A DNA stretch of 64,000 nt. It comes from a virus. The notes under the pieces were generated by a model, which saw nothing but the letters and a program-made list of their open reading frames with translations, had not been told where the DNA came from and searched no databases. Below are positions 9,055 through 18,700 of the stretch, one piece after another (position 1 is the stretch's first letter; each line of letters opens with the position of its first letter). The stretch is taken from the IMG/VR virus record IMGVR_UViG_3300027896_000033, positions 3,351 through 67,350 of that record; one strand, written 5' to 3'. A program made the position numbers and the translations under genes.

Positions 9055-10107
9055 CTATAAACTCTTTTCGAATTCAATAAGTAATTCTTTTTGTTTCTCA
9101 GTTAGGTTTGTAGGTGTTTCCACATGTAACTCAACAAGCATATCACCACGGTTAGCACTTCTTAGACTTTGAACACCCTCATTAGCTAATGTAAAAACAG
9201 TTTTATTTTGACTACCAGCAATAATTTCTAAATTTCGTCTACCATGAATAGTAAGTACTTCGATAGAACACCCTAATGCTGCTTTCACCATGGATACTGA
9301 AAGTTGATAAAGAATAGTATCTCCATTTCGTTTAAAAACTGGGTGCTCTTCTACATGGATAATTACATGCAAATCACCAGAAGGTCCACCGCTACGACTT
9401 CCTTCCCCTTCACTTTTTAAGCACATATGAACCCCGGTATCAACTCCAGGAGGGATTTTAATAGATAGTGTTTTACTTTTTTCAACAAGTCCTAACCCAT
9501 GACAATCATTACATGGATCAGTAACAATTTTTCCTTCACCTTGACAGTGTGTGCAAGTTGAACTCATTTGGAAGAAACCTTGAGATTGAATAATCTGCCC
9601 TCTCCCACCACAACTCGGGCAATTAGTTTTTTGATATCCTGGGCGACAACCTGTGCCTTCACAAGTCCCACAAGTATCATGCTTAGTAATTTGTATTTCT
9701 TTAGCTGTGCCATGCACAGCTTCCATAAAAGGAAGAACTAAATCGTAACGTAGATCATTTCCAGGAAGTGGCCCGTTGTTCCTAAAAGGTTGACCGTTAA
9801 ATTCAAACCCAAAAGTACTGCCAAACATATCTTTGAAATGCGAAAACATATCTTTGAAATTCTCGGGTCCACGATATCCACTATTTTTTAATCCATCATG
9901 ACCGTATGTGTTGTATATCTGTCGCTTTTTATCGTCACTAAGAACTTCGTAAGCCTCAGTACATTCCTTAAAATTGTCTTCAGCTCCTTTATTATCAGGG
10001 TTACGATCTGGATGATACTGCATTGCTAATTTACGGTATGCTTTCTTAATCTCGTTAATGTCTGCATTTCTATCTACTGCTAATATCTCGTAATAATCTC
10101 TTGTCAT
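9055..10107 (-). CDS. dnaJ: Full-length class A DnaJ co-chaperone
   Basis: J domain with HPD (YHPDRNP), four CxxCxGxG repeats, C-terminal domain ([20 protein letters not shown]). Confidence 0.95.
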   Translation of the reverse strand: MTRDYYEILAVDRNADINEIKKAYRKLAMQYHPDRNPDNKGAEDNFKECTEAYEVLSDDKKRQIYNTYGHDGLKNSGYRGPENFKDMFSHFKDMFGSTFGFEFNGQPFRNNGPLPGNDLRYDLVLPFMEAVHGTAKEIQITKHDTCGTCEGTGCRPGYQKTNCPSCGGRGQIIQSQGFFQMSSTCTHCQGEGKIVTDPCNDCHGLGLVEKSKTLSIKIPPGVDTGVHMCLKSEGEGSRSGGPSGDLHVIIHVEEHPVFKRNGDTILYQLSVSMVKAALGCSIEVLTIHGRRNLEIIAGSQNKTVFTLANEGVQSLRSANRGDMLVELHVETPTNLTEKQKELLIEFEKSL

Positions 10108-10490
10108 TTATTGCCGCCGCTCATATTTCCCTTATTATCGATTTGAAACCCTGTCATTTTATGGTACTCTTTTAACAAATCAAACATATTGTCACCGAGA
10201 ATAATACAATAACCTAAAGCTGTAAGATTAAGATATTGTTCACCACATTTTTCGCACATATGCCAAGGGGCTATAGGTATTTCTCCATCTTCTCCATATA
10301 TTTTTGATTCAATTTCAGTATTAGGACCTCTATATCTATCAAAAACAACACATTCTGATCCTATTGAAATCAGTTCTTTACAAGAACAGCATCTTTTTCT
10401 TTTAGATGTCTCCAATATGGAGAATTTGTCGTCACTCATCCAATACCAACCATCTCCATCCCACTCTCCGCAAGAACATGATAATGCCAT
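10104..10490 (-). CDS. Cys-rich (putative Zn-binding) hypothetical protein
   Basis: CSC, CCSC and CEKC motifs. Confidence 0.7.
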   Translation of the reverse strand: MALSCSCGEWDGDGWYWMSDDKFSILETSKRKRCCSCKELISIGSECVVFDRYRGPNTEIESKIYGEDGEIPIAPWHMCEKCGEQYLNLTALGYCIILGDNMFDLLKEYHKMTGFQIDNKGNMSGGNK

Positions 10491-10498
10491 AATTTCCC

Positions 10499-11182
10499 TT
10501 ATTCGTCGTTTCCGTTTAAGTCATCTGGGTGTACACCAAACAATGTTGCCATCGGCTCTTTTAATGCACTTCGTAGATTTTCCAATTCGTTTTCAAGATA
10601 TGCTATTCTAGCGTCTTTCTCGTTAGTATCAAGTTCATACATTGCAAAGGCAGTGTTGTAAGCCTTATCAGTTACATAACTTCGAAGCTCCCCATAACCG
10701 CTTAATGAGTACCCTATTAGCTGTGCAAACTGTTGACGTTCTTCTTTGTCAAAATCCATACAAGCTAATTTATTCATATCACATATATGATGAGCAGTTG
10801 CAACATCCAAGAGGTGACGTACAATTCTGTTTTCTTTAAAACGAAGAACCCCTGCTGAATCTAAATAAAGAGGTTGGATTGGATGATGCGATTCTTTTAG
10901 TGTACTTTGTGTTTTCATAGTTTGCATTTTATCCCATACATCTTTAATTATTCTTGCACTAATTGCGTCAGGGTGATCCTCTGAACAATCAACACCATTC
11001 ACAAGTTTTGGAGTCCAAGGAACTTCCCAAAGTTTAAGATTATTACGGATTTGTGTTCCTATTGTGTGATGAAATCCAATTAAATCATTCTCAGGGGTTT
11101 CTTTAAACTTCTTCTGAGCATTTACAGGAGCACCCTTTATCCATTCAAGTACTTCGTTTACTTGTTCTTCGAAAGTCATCAC
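10499..11182 (-). CDS. Two-domain hypothetical protein (N-terminal DUF6794-like, C-terminal conserved phage domain)
   Basis: FHHTIGTQIRNNLKLW...HPDAIS; HPIQPLYLD..GVLRFKENRIVRHLLD...FAQLIGYSLSGY. Confidence 0.65.
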   Translation of the reverse strand: MMTFEEQVNEVLEWIKGAPVNAQKKFKETPENDLIGFHHTIGTQIRNNLKLWEVPWTPKLVNGVDCSEDHPDAISARIIKDVWDKMQTMKTQSTLKESHHPIQPLYLDSAGVLRFKENRIVRHLLDVATAHHICDMNKLACMDFDKEERQQFAQLIGYSLSGYGELRSYVTDKAYNTAFAMYELDTNEKDARIAYLENELENLRSALKEPMATLFGVHPDDLNGNDE

Positions 11183-11188
11183 TTATCC

Positions 11189-11470
11189 TTATTCGTTATC
11201 ATTATAGAAATTATAAAAAGAAGTCCACTCAGCTTCAGTCACAGAGACGTTTTTAGGGCATGAAGTTTGTGGTTCATTATGTGCTAGACAATTTCGATCA
11301 CCGCAAATTACACACGAATATGAAGGGTTCATAGGGTCAAGATCATCAGCTCTTAAACCTCTGTAACGTTCTTGAAGCTCTTTAATTGTCTGTAATCCTT
11401 CAGTAGTTAGAGCATAGTTCCCACTTGTTCTAGCAGGTGAATCTGAAGATATAACTTTTGCAATCTGCAT
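11189..11470 (-). CDS. Hypothetical protein, CxxC-x3-C-x2-H motif
   Basis: CVICGDRNCLAH; GGAGG RBS. Confidence 0.65.
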   Translation of the reverse strand: MQIAKVISSDSPARTSGNYALTTEGLQTIKELQERYRGLRADDLDPMNPSYSCVICGDRNCLAHNEPQTSCPKNVSVTEAEWTSFYNFYNDNE

Positions 11471-11561
11471 AACAATCCTCCTTTATAATGTATACTCTTT
11501 TAAGAGAAAAATGTGCAATTAGTATACAAAAAAATGTATCAAAGAGCAATGGTTAATTATG

Positions 11562-11690
11562 TTATTTAATAATGGACTGTTCTATTGTCTGTAATTTCTC
11601 ATTGGTAGTATTAAGTTTAGTATTAATTGCACATGTTTGTAGTAAAATTAAAATCACCATAATATACAATCCTACTCGTTCTTTACCCAT
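11562..11690 (-). CDS. Small 42-aa membrane peptide (not in ORF track)
   Basis: MGKERVGLYIMVILILLQTCAINTKLNTTNEKLQTIEQSIIK; AAGGAG RBS. Confidence 0.55.
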   Translation of the reverse strand: MGKERVGLYIMVILILLQTCAINTKLNTTNEKLQTIEQSIIK

Positions 11691-11716
11691 TTATTGCTCC
11701 TTTTTATATGGTGTTT

Positions 11717-12406
11717 CTAATTTTTCAAAATTGTGTCTATATACTGCTTTGCATCTTCGATACTGTGTGCATGAATGAGTTTGTCTCCTTTGGTTACGTT
11801 CTCATCAGGGAATAACTCTTTAGCAGTTTTTGTATTGACAGTTCTAGACCAGTCAATCTGAATCACTCTTTTTCTCCACCCGATTGTAAAACGGCCCATG
11901 TGAGTAGTAACATCATACCAAGGAAGATGACGACAACAATAATCAGGACAGTATCCATTAGGGATAGCTTCATGGAATATTTTATCAGGAAAGAGTCCAA
12001 GTAATTGTTGTTTTTCAGCTTCAGTACGTTTCTTCGATTTAGGATCAGCTGCAATAATTGCAGCTTTTATTTCAGCTGATATAGTTTCTTCTGCTCTATA
12101 TACAGCTGATGAGATAGCTTTTTGTTTTAGATCAGGTAGGCTTGGTGTAGCAGCAACAGAAATCTTAAGACCAAAACCTCCATGACCTCCAAAACTCTCT
12201 GTACTATACAGAGATGTATATTCCAACCCATTAAGGTGGCTGTTATCCAATACATGACGGGCCACTTCAAGCCACCCTTCTTGATATCTTAATTCAAGAT
12301 TGTCGAAATGAGTACAATACGTATCCTGTATTGAATTAACTTTATTTTGATGAATGTTAAATAACTCACTTGCTTTAGCTTTTTCAATCTCTTTTTTGGT
12401 GGACAT
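11717..12406 (-). CDS. Conserved phage hypothetical protein
   Basis: IPNGYCPDYCCRHLPW...GRFTIGWRKRVIQIDW. Confidence 0.75.
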   Translation of the reverse strand: MSTKKEIEKAKASELFNIHQNKVNSIQDTYCTHFDNLELRYQEGWLEVARHVLDNSHLNGLEYTSLYSTESFGGHGGFGLKISVAATPSLPDLKQKAISSAVYRAEETISAEIKAAIIAADPKSKKRTEAEKQQLLGLFPDKIFHEAIPNGYCPDYCCRHLPWYDVTTHMGRFTIGWRKRVIQIDWSRTVNTKTAKELFPDENVTKGDKLIHAHSIEDAKQYIDTILKN

Positions 12407-12433
12407 CTTCGGGCCTCTTATTAAAATAATAGG

Positions 12434-12661
12434 TTATTTTGTTGGTTTATCAGGGTATACTATTTCATGAAACAGAAAGTCATGTGGTATTTTACTCCAT
12501 AATGTATAATAGGATGATCCTTGCCATACTGTAATTCGATTTCCACGTACCGATGTAGTACCCTCAATCTGGACAGATGACACCCATCGCACATTATTAT
12601 AAAGTACGAATTGTTGTCCTTCTTTTTCAGGGAGCCTAGTCCAGTTAGTTATATTACTCAT
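12434..12661 (-). CDS. Hypothetical protein
   Basis: Overlap-coupled small ORF. Confidence 0.6.
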   Translation of the reverse strand: MSNITNWTRLPEKEGQQFVLYNNVRWVSSVQIEGTTSVRGNRITVWQGSSYYTLWSKIPHDFLFHEIVYPDKPTK

Positions 12662-12911
12662 TTTGAGGTTTATCTATATATAGACGGAAATAATCGTGAT
12701 TGTATTCGCTTTTATCAGGATCAAAGTGCATATCAATTTGAGAAACAAGGTCCATAGGGATTACTTTAATCTTTCCAAAATCCCAAAATGAAACTATAGT
12801 TTCATTTGTACCCATCATGTTTGTAGGTACATCTCGGCAAATAAACTGTTTACCGTCTTTAAGATATACATCAATCGTAACATGATCGTAATCCTCAGGG
12901 TCTTTCATCAT
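12654..12911 (-). CDS. Hypothetical protein
   Basis: GGAGG RBS; 85 aa. Confidence 0.65.
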   Translation of the reverse strand: MMKDPEDYDHVTIDVYLKDGKQFICRDVPTNMMGTNETIVSFWDFGKIKVIPMDLVSQIDMHFDPDKSEYNHDYFRLYIDKPQNE

Positions 12912-12947
12912 AATGTTATCCTCCTGTAATATACTTTGTGTATCTTC

Positions 12948-13322
12948 TTATTTAATCTTTTCACCTGTTATATCTTCATCATCCTTAACCCTCTTGAGAA
13001 ATCCTGCTATCAAATCATTTACATCATTATTTACTAATGTCTTAGCAAGATTTGTAAAATCGACAAGCTTTTGAAATTTACCATCGATCTGCTTGTTAAC
13101 TCGTTTTTTCATGCTTTCAATTTCATCTCTTACAGAAAAACGCCCTATTATATACATGCACACTAATAAAGCACATAAAATCACTAAAGATATTGGATAA
13201 TTAATAAATATTGTATTGTCTTTACTATTACCCACATATGATAATACTACTATTATGTGAAGTGTTGCACAAAATGCAACTAAAAGTACAAAAGGCATTT
13301 TTAACTCTTTAATAATTTTCAT
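12948..13322 (-). CDS. Membrane protein with two predicted TM helices
   Basis: Hydrophobic segments PFVLLVAFCATLHIIVVLSYV and YPISLVILCALLVCMYII. Confidence 0.7.
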   Translation of the reverse strand: MKIIKELKMPFVLLVAFCATLHIIVVLSYVGNSKDNTIFINYPISLVILCALLVCMYIIGRFSVRDEIESMKKRVNKQIDGKFQKLVDFTNLAKTLVNNDVNDLIAGFLKRVKDDEDITGEKIK

Positions 13323-13392
13323 ATTAGTATCCCTTATGTTATTTAACTAGTAGAAACACAATACATCTTTTATTTACGCTTTATTTAAAAAC

Positions 13393-13422
13393 AATATACT
13401 ATATAATATTTGAAAATGCAAC
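13393..13422 (-). promoter_or_regulatory. Sigma70-type early promoter for the leftward operon
   Basis: Minus strand TTGCAT-N17-TATATT. Confidence 0.7.
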
Positions 13423-13445
13423 TAAAAAATACAACTAAAACTAAC

Positions 13446-13483
13446 AAAAATGCCCTAGATGTGTAAGTTACACCTAGGGCATT
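13446..13483 (-). terminator. Intrinsic terminator ending the structural transcript
   Basis: aatgccctag...ctagggcatt stem followed by a U tract on the minus strand. Confidence 0.8.
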
Positions 13484-13534
13484 CGGGAGCTGCCAACAGG
13501 GGGTTAGCAGAATCTTTGTTACAGAGTTAGAGCC

Positions 13535-14101
13535 TTACTGCACATCGCTTTCCATTCGTGTGACAAACAAAGTAGATGCACCTGTGCTTGTAGGACTGAT
13601 ACTCATTCCTGCATAAAAACTATGTGTAGTAGCTGAAGTCAATGCAGTACCAAGACTTAATGCAGCAGCTCTACCACCAGGAGTCGACCAAGTTGTATTT
13701 GTTAATGCAAAAGCTTGAAATGTTACATTAGCAGGAGGATTATTTACATTGGAACCATCATACGCATACAATCTTGTTCCAATAACTGCAATGCTTGTAT
13801 CGGATGTAACAGTAATTCTAATACAATTTGCTTGTACAACAGATGTTAATGCAACAGGAGAGCCACCTGAAATTGAGACTTGATTACTTGAAACATACTT
13901 TAAATTTGTAAGATGTGGAGCAGAGCATGCATCAGTATCATCAGAAGTCGATGTTCTAATATGTGTCGCATCATTATAATTACCTACTTGGATAGGTGAT
14001 CCGTACCCACCAGATCCATAAAAAGCAATGACATTTGTAGTACTTACTGTAAAATTCCAACCAGCTCCGTCATTGCCCTTCCAATCAAATGTAATGGCCA
14101 T
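13535..14101 (-). CDS. Putative virion structural protein
   Basis: Ser/Thr/Gly-rich beta composition, strong GGAGG RBS, own TAAAACAT box and terminator. Confidence 0.65.
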   Translation of the reverse strand: MAITFDWKGNDGAGWNFTVSTTNVIAFYGSGGYGSPIQVGNYNDATHIRTSTSDDTDACSAPHLTNLKYVSSNQVSISGGSPVALTSVVQANCIRITVTSDTSIAVIGTRLYAYDGSNVNNPPANVTFQAFALTNTTWSTPGGRAAALSLGTALTSATTHSFYAGMSISPTSTGASTLFVTRMESDVQ

Positions 14102-14153
14102 TCGTGTATCCTCCTAAAAATTAACAAGGTTAAGAAAAATTATATACTATTGT

Positions 14154-14187
14154 ATGTTTTAGGAAAGATATGTTAAAAGTAAAACAT
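14154..14187. promoter_or_regulatory. Back-to-back TAAAACAT boxes (14154-14161 minus; 14180-14187 plus)
   Basis: Exact motif on both strands. Confidence 0.65.
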
Positions 14188-14215
14188 GAAATTAAAAGTA
14201 CTCAGTACATATACA

Positions 14216-14428
14216 CTAGAACCAACTACAAATATCGTTTTCAATTTGTGTCATATCGGGGTATATACCTGCAAAAACACGGCCTGTAATACTAGTAGCT
14301 TGTATGTTTTCTATAACAATATCAGATAGATTCATTCTAGACTCAAGGTTTAACAAATTCATAGATCTAGCATCATATGCTATATTTTTTAAATCTCTAA
14401 ATTGTGTACCGACAAGATTAATAGCCAT
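14216..14428 (-). CDS. Small hypothetical (structural operon) protein
   Basis: 70-aa ORF collinear with the structural operon. Confidence 0.6.
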   Translation of the reverse strand: MAINLVGTQFRDLKNIAYDARSMNLLNLESRMNLSDIVIENIQATSITGRVFAGIYPDMTQIENDICSWF

Positions 14429-14463
14429 TTTATTTCTACCCTTTACTAATAAAAATCACATTA

Positions 14464-15684
14464 TTATATAATAGTTATATTTAAATTACAAATAATGCTA
14501 TTTAATAATACTTTTTTAACCTCGATAGCATTAACTGATATTGAAGCACCTGTATAGTCAACAATCGATATCGTATATGTTTTATTACTCGAAGTTAATA
14601 TTGTCTTGCCTGATTCAATTCCATTGTAACTTTGTTGTTGTGTAATATTGGTACCGACAATCGTCATTTCTCTATCAGAATTAACTGATATATTAACTGA
14701 CGTATCTTTTGATGACATTAAAGTACTTGTATCAGTAAGACTGTAAGGTTTTTTGGAGACATAAATACTTCTAGTTTCTAGAAAAATGGATCGTTCATCA
14801 TACAGTTGATTATATTTTGCACATATCTTTCTTTCAGATACCATTGGGAATGCTTGTACCATTGCAACTGAATAAAGTATAAATGGTCTATATACTGATA
14901 ATGAAATATTCCTCTCATCAAATATTAAAAGTTTAATAAATGTAAACCTTTCCGAACATGGCATTGTGTATAATACTATGTATCTTTCTGAATGTGTGAG
15001 TTCAGTTAATACAGACATATGCCTTTCAGTTATTAGATTATCTAGACGTAAATGTACATCGAATGTAGAAATTAATACCTTCTCAGGACTGCTTACAAAC
15101 GACTTTCTTTCTGACATAGTTGCCAAAACAAACATAACACGTCGAATATCGTAGTTTTGTAATAATTGTATACGTACATGCCGTTCACTATTAAAAGTGA
15201 GAGAGGAGCTAATATACGTTGAATTAACATATACTCTGCTGACTCTTTTAATGTATGTGCTTCTTTCAGAATATATACCGAGACGAAAACATGTTCTTCT
15301 CTGTGTTATTGCATTCTGATTTAGTAAACACGAACGTCCATCAACATAAGTGAAGACTAAAGGTATTCTTGCACTATGTAAAATTATTTTTGCATTAACT
15401 TTAAAATAACATGTCCTCTCAGCTGTATTTGCGCCTATAATAAAACTACAAAAACGAGCATCAAAAGCAATAATTCTACAGATATTATACATACCGAATC
15501 GTTCAGTATGTGGACCTTCTGTACAAATAAAAGATTTTCTAAAATCACCTATACTTTTTATGTAATTAATGATAATTCTTCTATCATCAGAAATAGTCAA
15601 TGGGAAAAAAATTCTTCTAAAAGTATATAGGTATGGTGCTATATTTACAAAAGAACTTCTTTCATCACTTTCAGTATTATACAT
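14464..15684 (-). CDS. Repetitive beta-rich protein with recurring (S)ERxxF/hydrophobic units, probably virion-associated
   Basis: Many ER-x-x-hydrophobic repeats (ERSSF, ERTCY, ERSTY, ERKSF, ERFTF, ERSIF). Confidence 0.65.
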   Translation of the reverse strand: MYNTESDERSSFVNIAPYLYTFRRIFFPLTISDDRRIIINYIKSIGDFRKSFICTEGPHTERFGMYNICRIIAFDARFCSFIIGANTAERTCYFKVNAKIILHSARIPLVFTYVDGRSCLLNQNAITQRRTCFRLGIYSERSTYIKRVSRVYVNSTYISSSLTFNSERHVRIQLLQNYDIRRVMFVLATMSERKSFVSSPEKVLISTFDVHLRLDNLITERHMSVLTELTHSERYIVLYTMPCSERFTFIKLLIFDERNISLSVYRPFILYSVAMVQAFPMVSERKICAKYNQLYDERSIFLETRSIYVSKKPYSLTDTSTLMSSKDTSVNISVNSDREMTIVGTNITQQQSYNGIESGKTILTSSNKTYTISIVDYTGASISVNAIEVKKVLLNSIICNLNITII

Positions 15685-15722
15685 AGTAGTTGCTTAGATA
15701 GAGACTTAAATGTTGTACACAA

Positions 15723-18700
15723 TTATGCAAATGCATACACTCCTCGAACTACTAAATCAGTTGAATGTGGACGCTCATCAATATTAACAGCTCTAATATA
15801 TACAATAACACTCCCTCCAGGATTAATAGTAGTAGCAACTGGAAAAGGATTATTCTCATCCCTGATAGTCCATGCATCAGGAGTTAATGTAGGGTTTAAA
15901 TTAAATTGGATCCATGTGTTACCAAAAGCATACATAACAACATTAGTTGCAGGATTATCCCCTTCATTTTTAACGTACACTGCAAATTGATTAGAATATT
16001 CATCATTTATTGTTAATGGTTCCATATGTACAATAGCTAAAGGAACTGTACCTAATGCAGTGTCATAAGAATCAACAATCGTTTGGTTTGATATCAATTC
16101 TACTTGATTAATATGTGATACATAATTGCTATTTGAAGGTGTGTTTTTATAATAAATCCTGATGTTTGAAATTGGTTGTTGTGAAGGTAAACCAGTCAGT
16201 AAATTTACTGATACGTAATTTGGTGGTAATGTGGCATATTTGTGTGCTACATTACCTTGAGCATCAATAAACATATGTACATAACGTCGTGTGTAGTCAC
16301 CGTCCCAATCCCAACCGGTTTCATTTATTACAGTTGAATATGACGTATTTGGAATTGTTACCCACCCTGAAGTTACTCCAAATACCTGCACAACAATATT
16401 AAGATCATTCTGGATTAATGTGTAATCACCATAAATCCTAATTTCAGATCCATCATAGAAGTCTTGTAATTGAAAGTCAACATCATACACACCATCTATT
16501 CTCAACCATGTGTATAAGATATGCCCTAATTGGTTCATCGTATACATACGTTTTCTTCTTAAGAAAGTAGGCCACAATTTATTCTCAACTACTGAAGGGA
16601 AACTTGTTGAGACACTGCTTGTTTTCCTCATATCTAAGAAAAAATTGTCCCATTGTTGTTCGTATATATTTAATACTTTTCCAGAAATACCGCCTAAATC
16701 ATACAAATATAATTCTTGGTTAGATAATTCAGATCCTGCTATTAATTTAGCTCCTTTAGTCGGTGGTAAAGGTGCAGAAGATTTATCTAAGTACCAAACA
16801 AAAGTATTTGTATCCATACGTGCAATTCTACCATTACTCGAAATCAATGTAAGATAATTTGGTAATGTGAAAAAAGAATTCCAAGGATCAGTAGAAGATG
16901 TATTTGTTCTTGATTCTCCTAAGAAATTACAATCCAAACAAGGAGGACATTGATACCAATATGATCCAGAGGAATCGTTTAAAACTCCTTTAAAGTCTAA
17001 TCTCCAAATATTGTATTTATTGTATATTGCGTAAATATATCTTGACCCATCATACGATATAGTCACAGGTGATAGTGGTAATGGATAACTATATGAAATA
17101 GTATGCATTACTCTATTTGCATCAGGTAAGTCTAAATCTACATACCAAAAACGTAATTGACACTCAACATAACCTTGGGCTACATCTTGAAGATGCGTTA
17201 TACCCGTATTAGCTGCCATTTCTCCAATAATAAACATAAATTTATGATTATATTGCCCATATTCTTCAACCCAGCAATATCTAAACCTAAAATTTGTCTG
17301 TGTGTAACTGAAATTAATTATATCATTTAATGTGATATTTGATGACCCTGAAGTTACAGCTATTTGTTCAATAATACTTTGTAGGGTAGGTGTTGCAAAT
17401 GGAGAGTACTCAGTTAAAATCTCAGATGTTGGAATAATAGGTAGAGGATTAATAACACCTTTCACTAAATCCCATTCAAGTGCTTTAAGTATTAAGCTAC
17501 CATGAGGTGTTACTTCTGGAGATACTGATAATGAATACGCTTTATTATCAGTTGGTAACCCTACATAAAATGAATCCTTCGCAACTAACGAAGCCTTAAT
17601 ATCAATATCTTCAAATGCTTTATACATAATATTACTTCTTTTATCATATATCCAAGCATCGTTTATAGGTAGGTGATGATATGTATATGAGGGACATCCA
17701 TCTCCTGGATTAAATGAGGGGTATGTGTACATACCATACATTATTAATAATTTATCATCGTCTAACCATCTCACTAAAGGTAGTGCTCTAGGTAAATAAT
17801 TGGAAGGTACACCTTGAAGATTCTCGTATGTATTGTTAGCTACATCATAAATCGTAATAAGAGAACTGATACCAGTACAATTAACATCAGTATATCCTCC
17901 AACTATGTATATAAATAAACCATTAGTTGAAGGGACAGCTGATGCCATATAACGCCAATTCACTAATGGTGTTAATGTTGTCCATTTTTTAGCATCCATA
18001 TCGAAACAAACAGCTAATCGGGCTTCATTCTGTATGTTATATATAGGTGATTGCCCATGGAAAACACGTAATGAATTTGACATAGTTCCGGGCATACTTG
18101 TATCCCAAGGACTTTGGAAATGTCCCCCAGCACATGAATCAGCCTGTACACATTCACAACCTCCAAACATATACAGTTTATTCCCTATTTGTGTATAAGC
18201 ACTAAAAGCCCTAGCTGAAGGGCGAGTACCGTCCTCGAGAATAAAATCGAATTGAGATAGATCATCTACTATAGGTTGCGAAGAAAGATATACTTGTTCT
18301 TTAATAGCATCTAATGAATTAGTAGCAGTGTTATTAGCATATCCTTCAATATATGTACGTATTTGATTAACTAAATAGTCTCTTACTATAGGGTAGTCTA
18401 CAACAGTGGCGTTATTAGTTTTCTGATAAGATTGAATTGAATTAATATTCATCTCATTAATATTCAGATTGAATTGAATTAATCCATTATGTGTTTTTTC
18501 AACATTTGCTGATCCGTCAGTATTAGCAAAACTAAGAGACGGTGAAAGAATACCATCTTGCATGTATACTGCTCTACTATTTCTAATACCACCAAAAGCA
18601 TATATAATATTTTGTGATTTATGATACCCGAATGCAGATCCTTCCCATAGAGATGTATAGTACGTAAAAAAGGTATTATCAGCTGAGTTAAGTTTTAATG

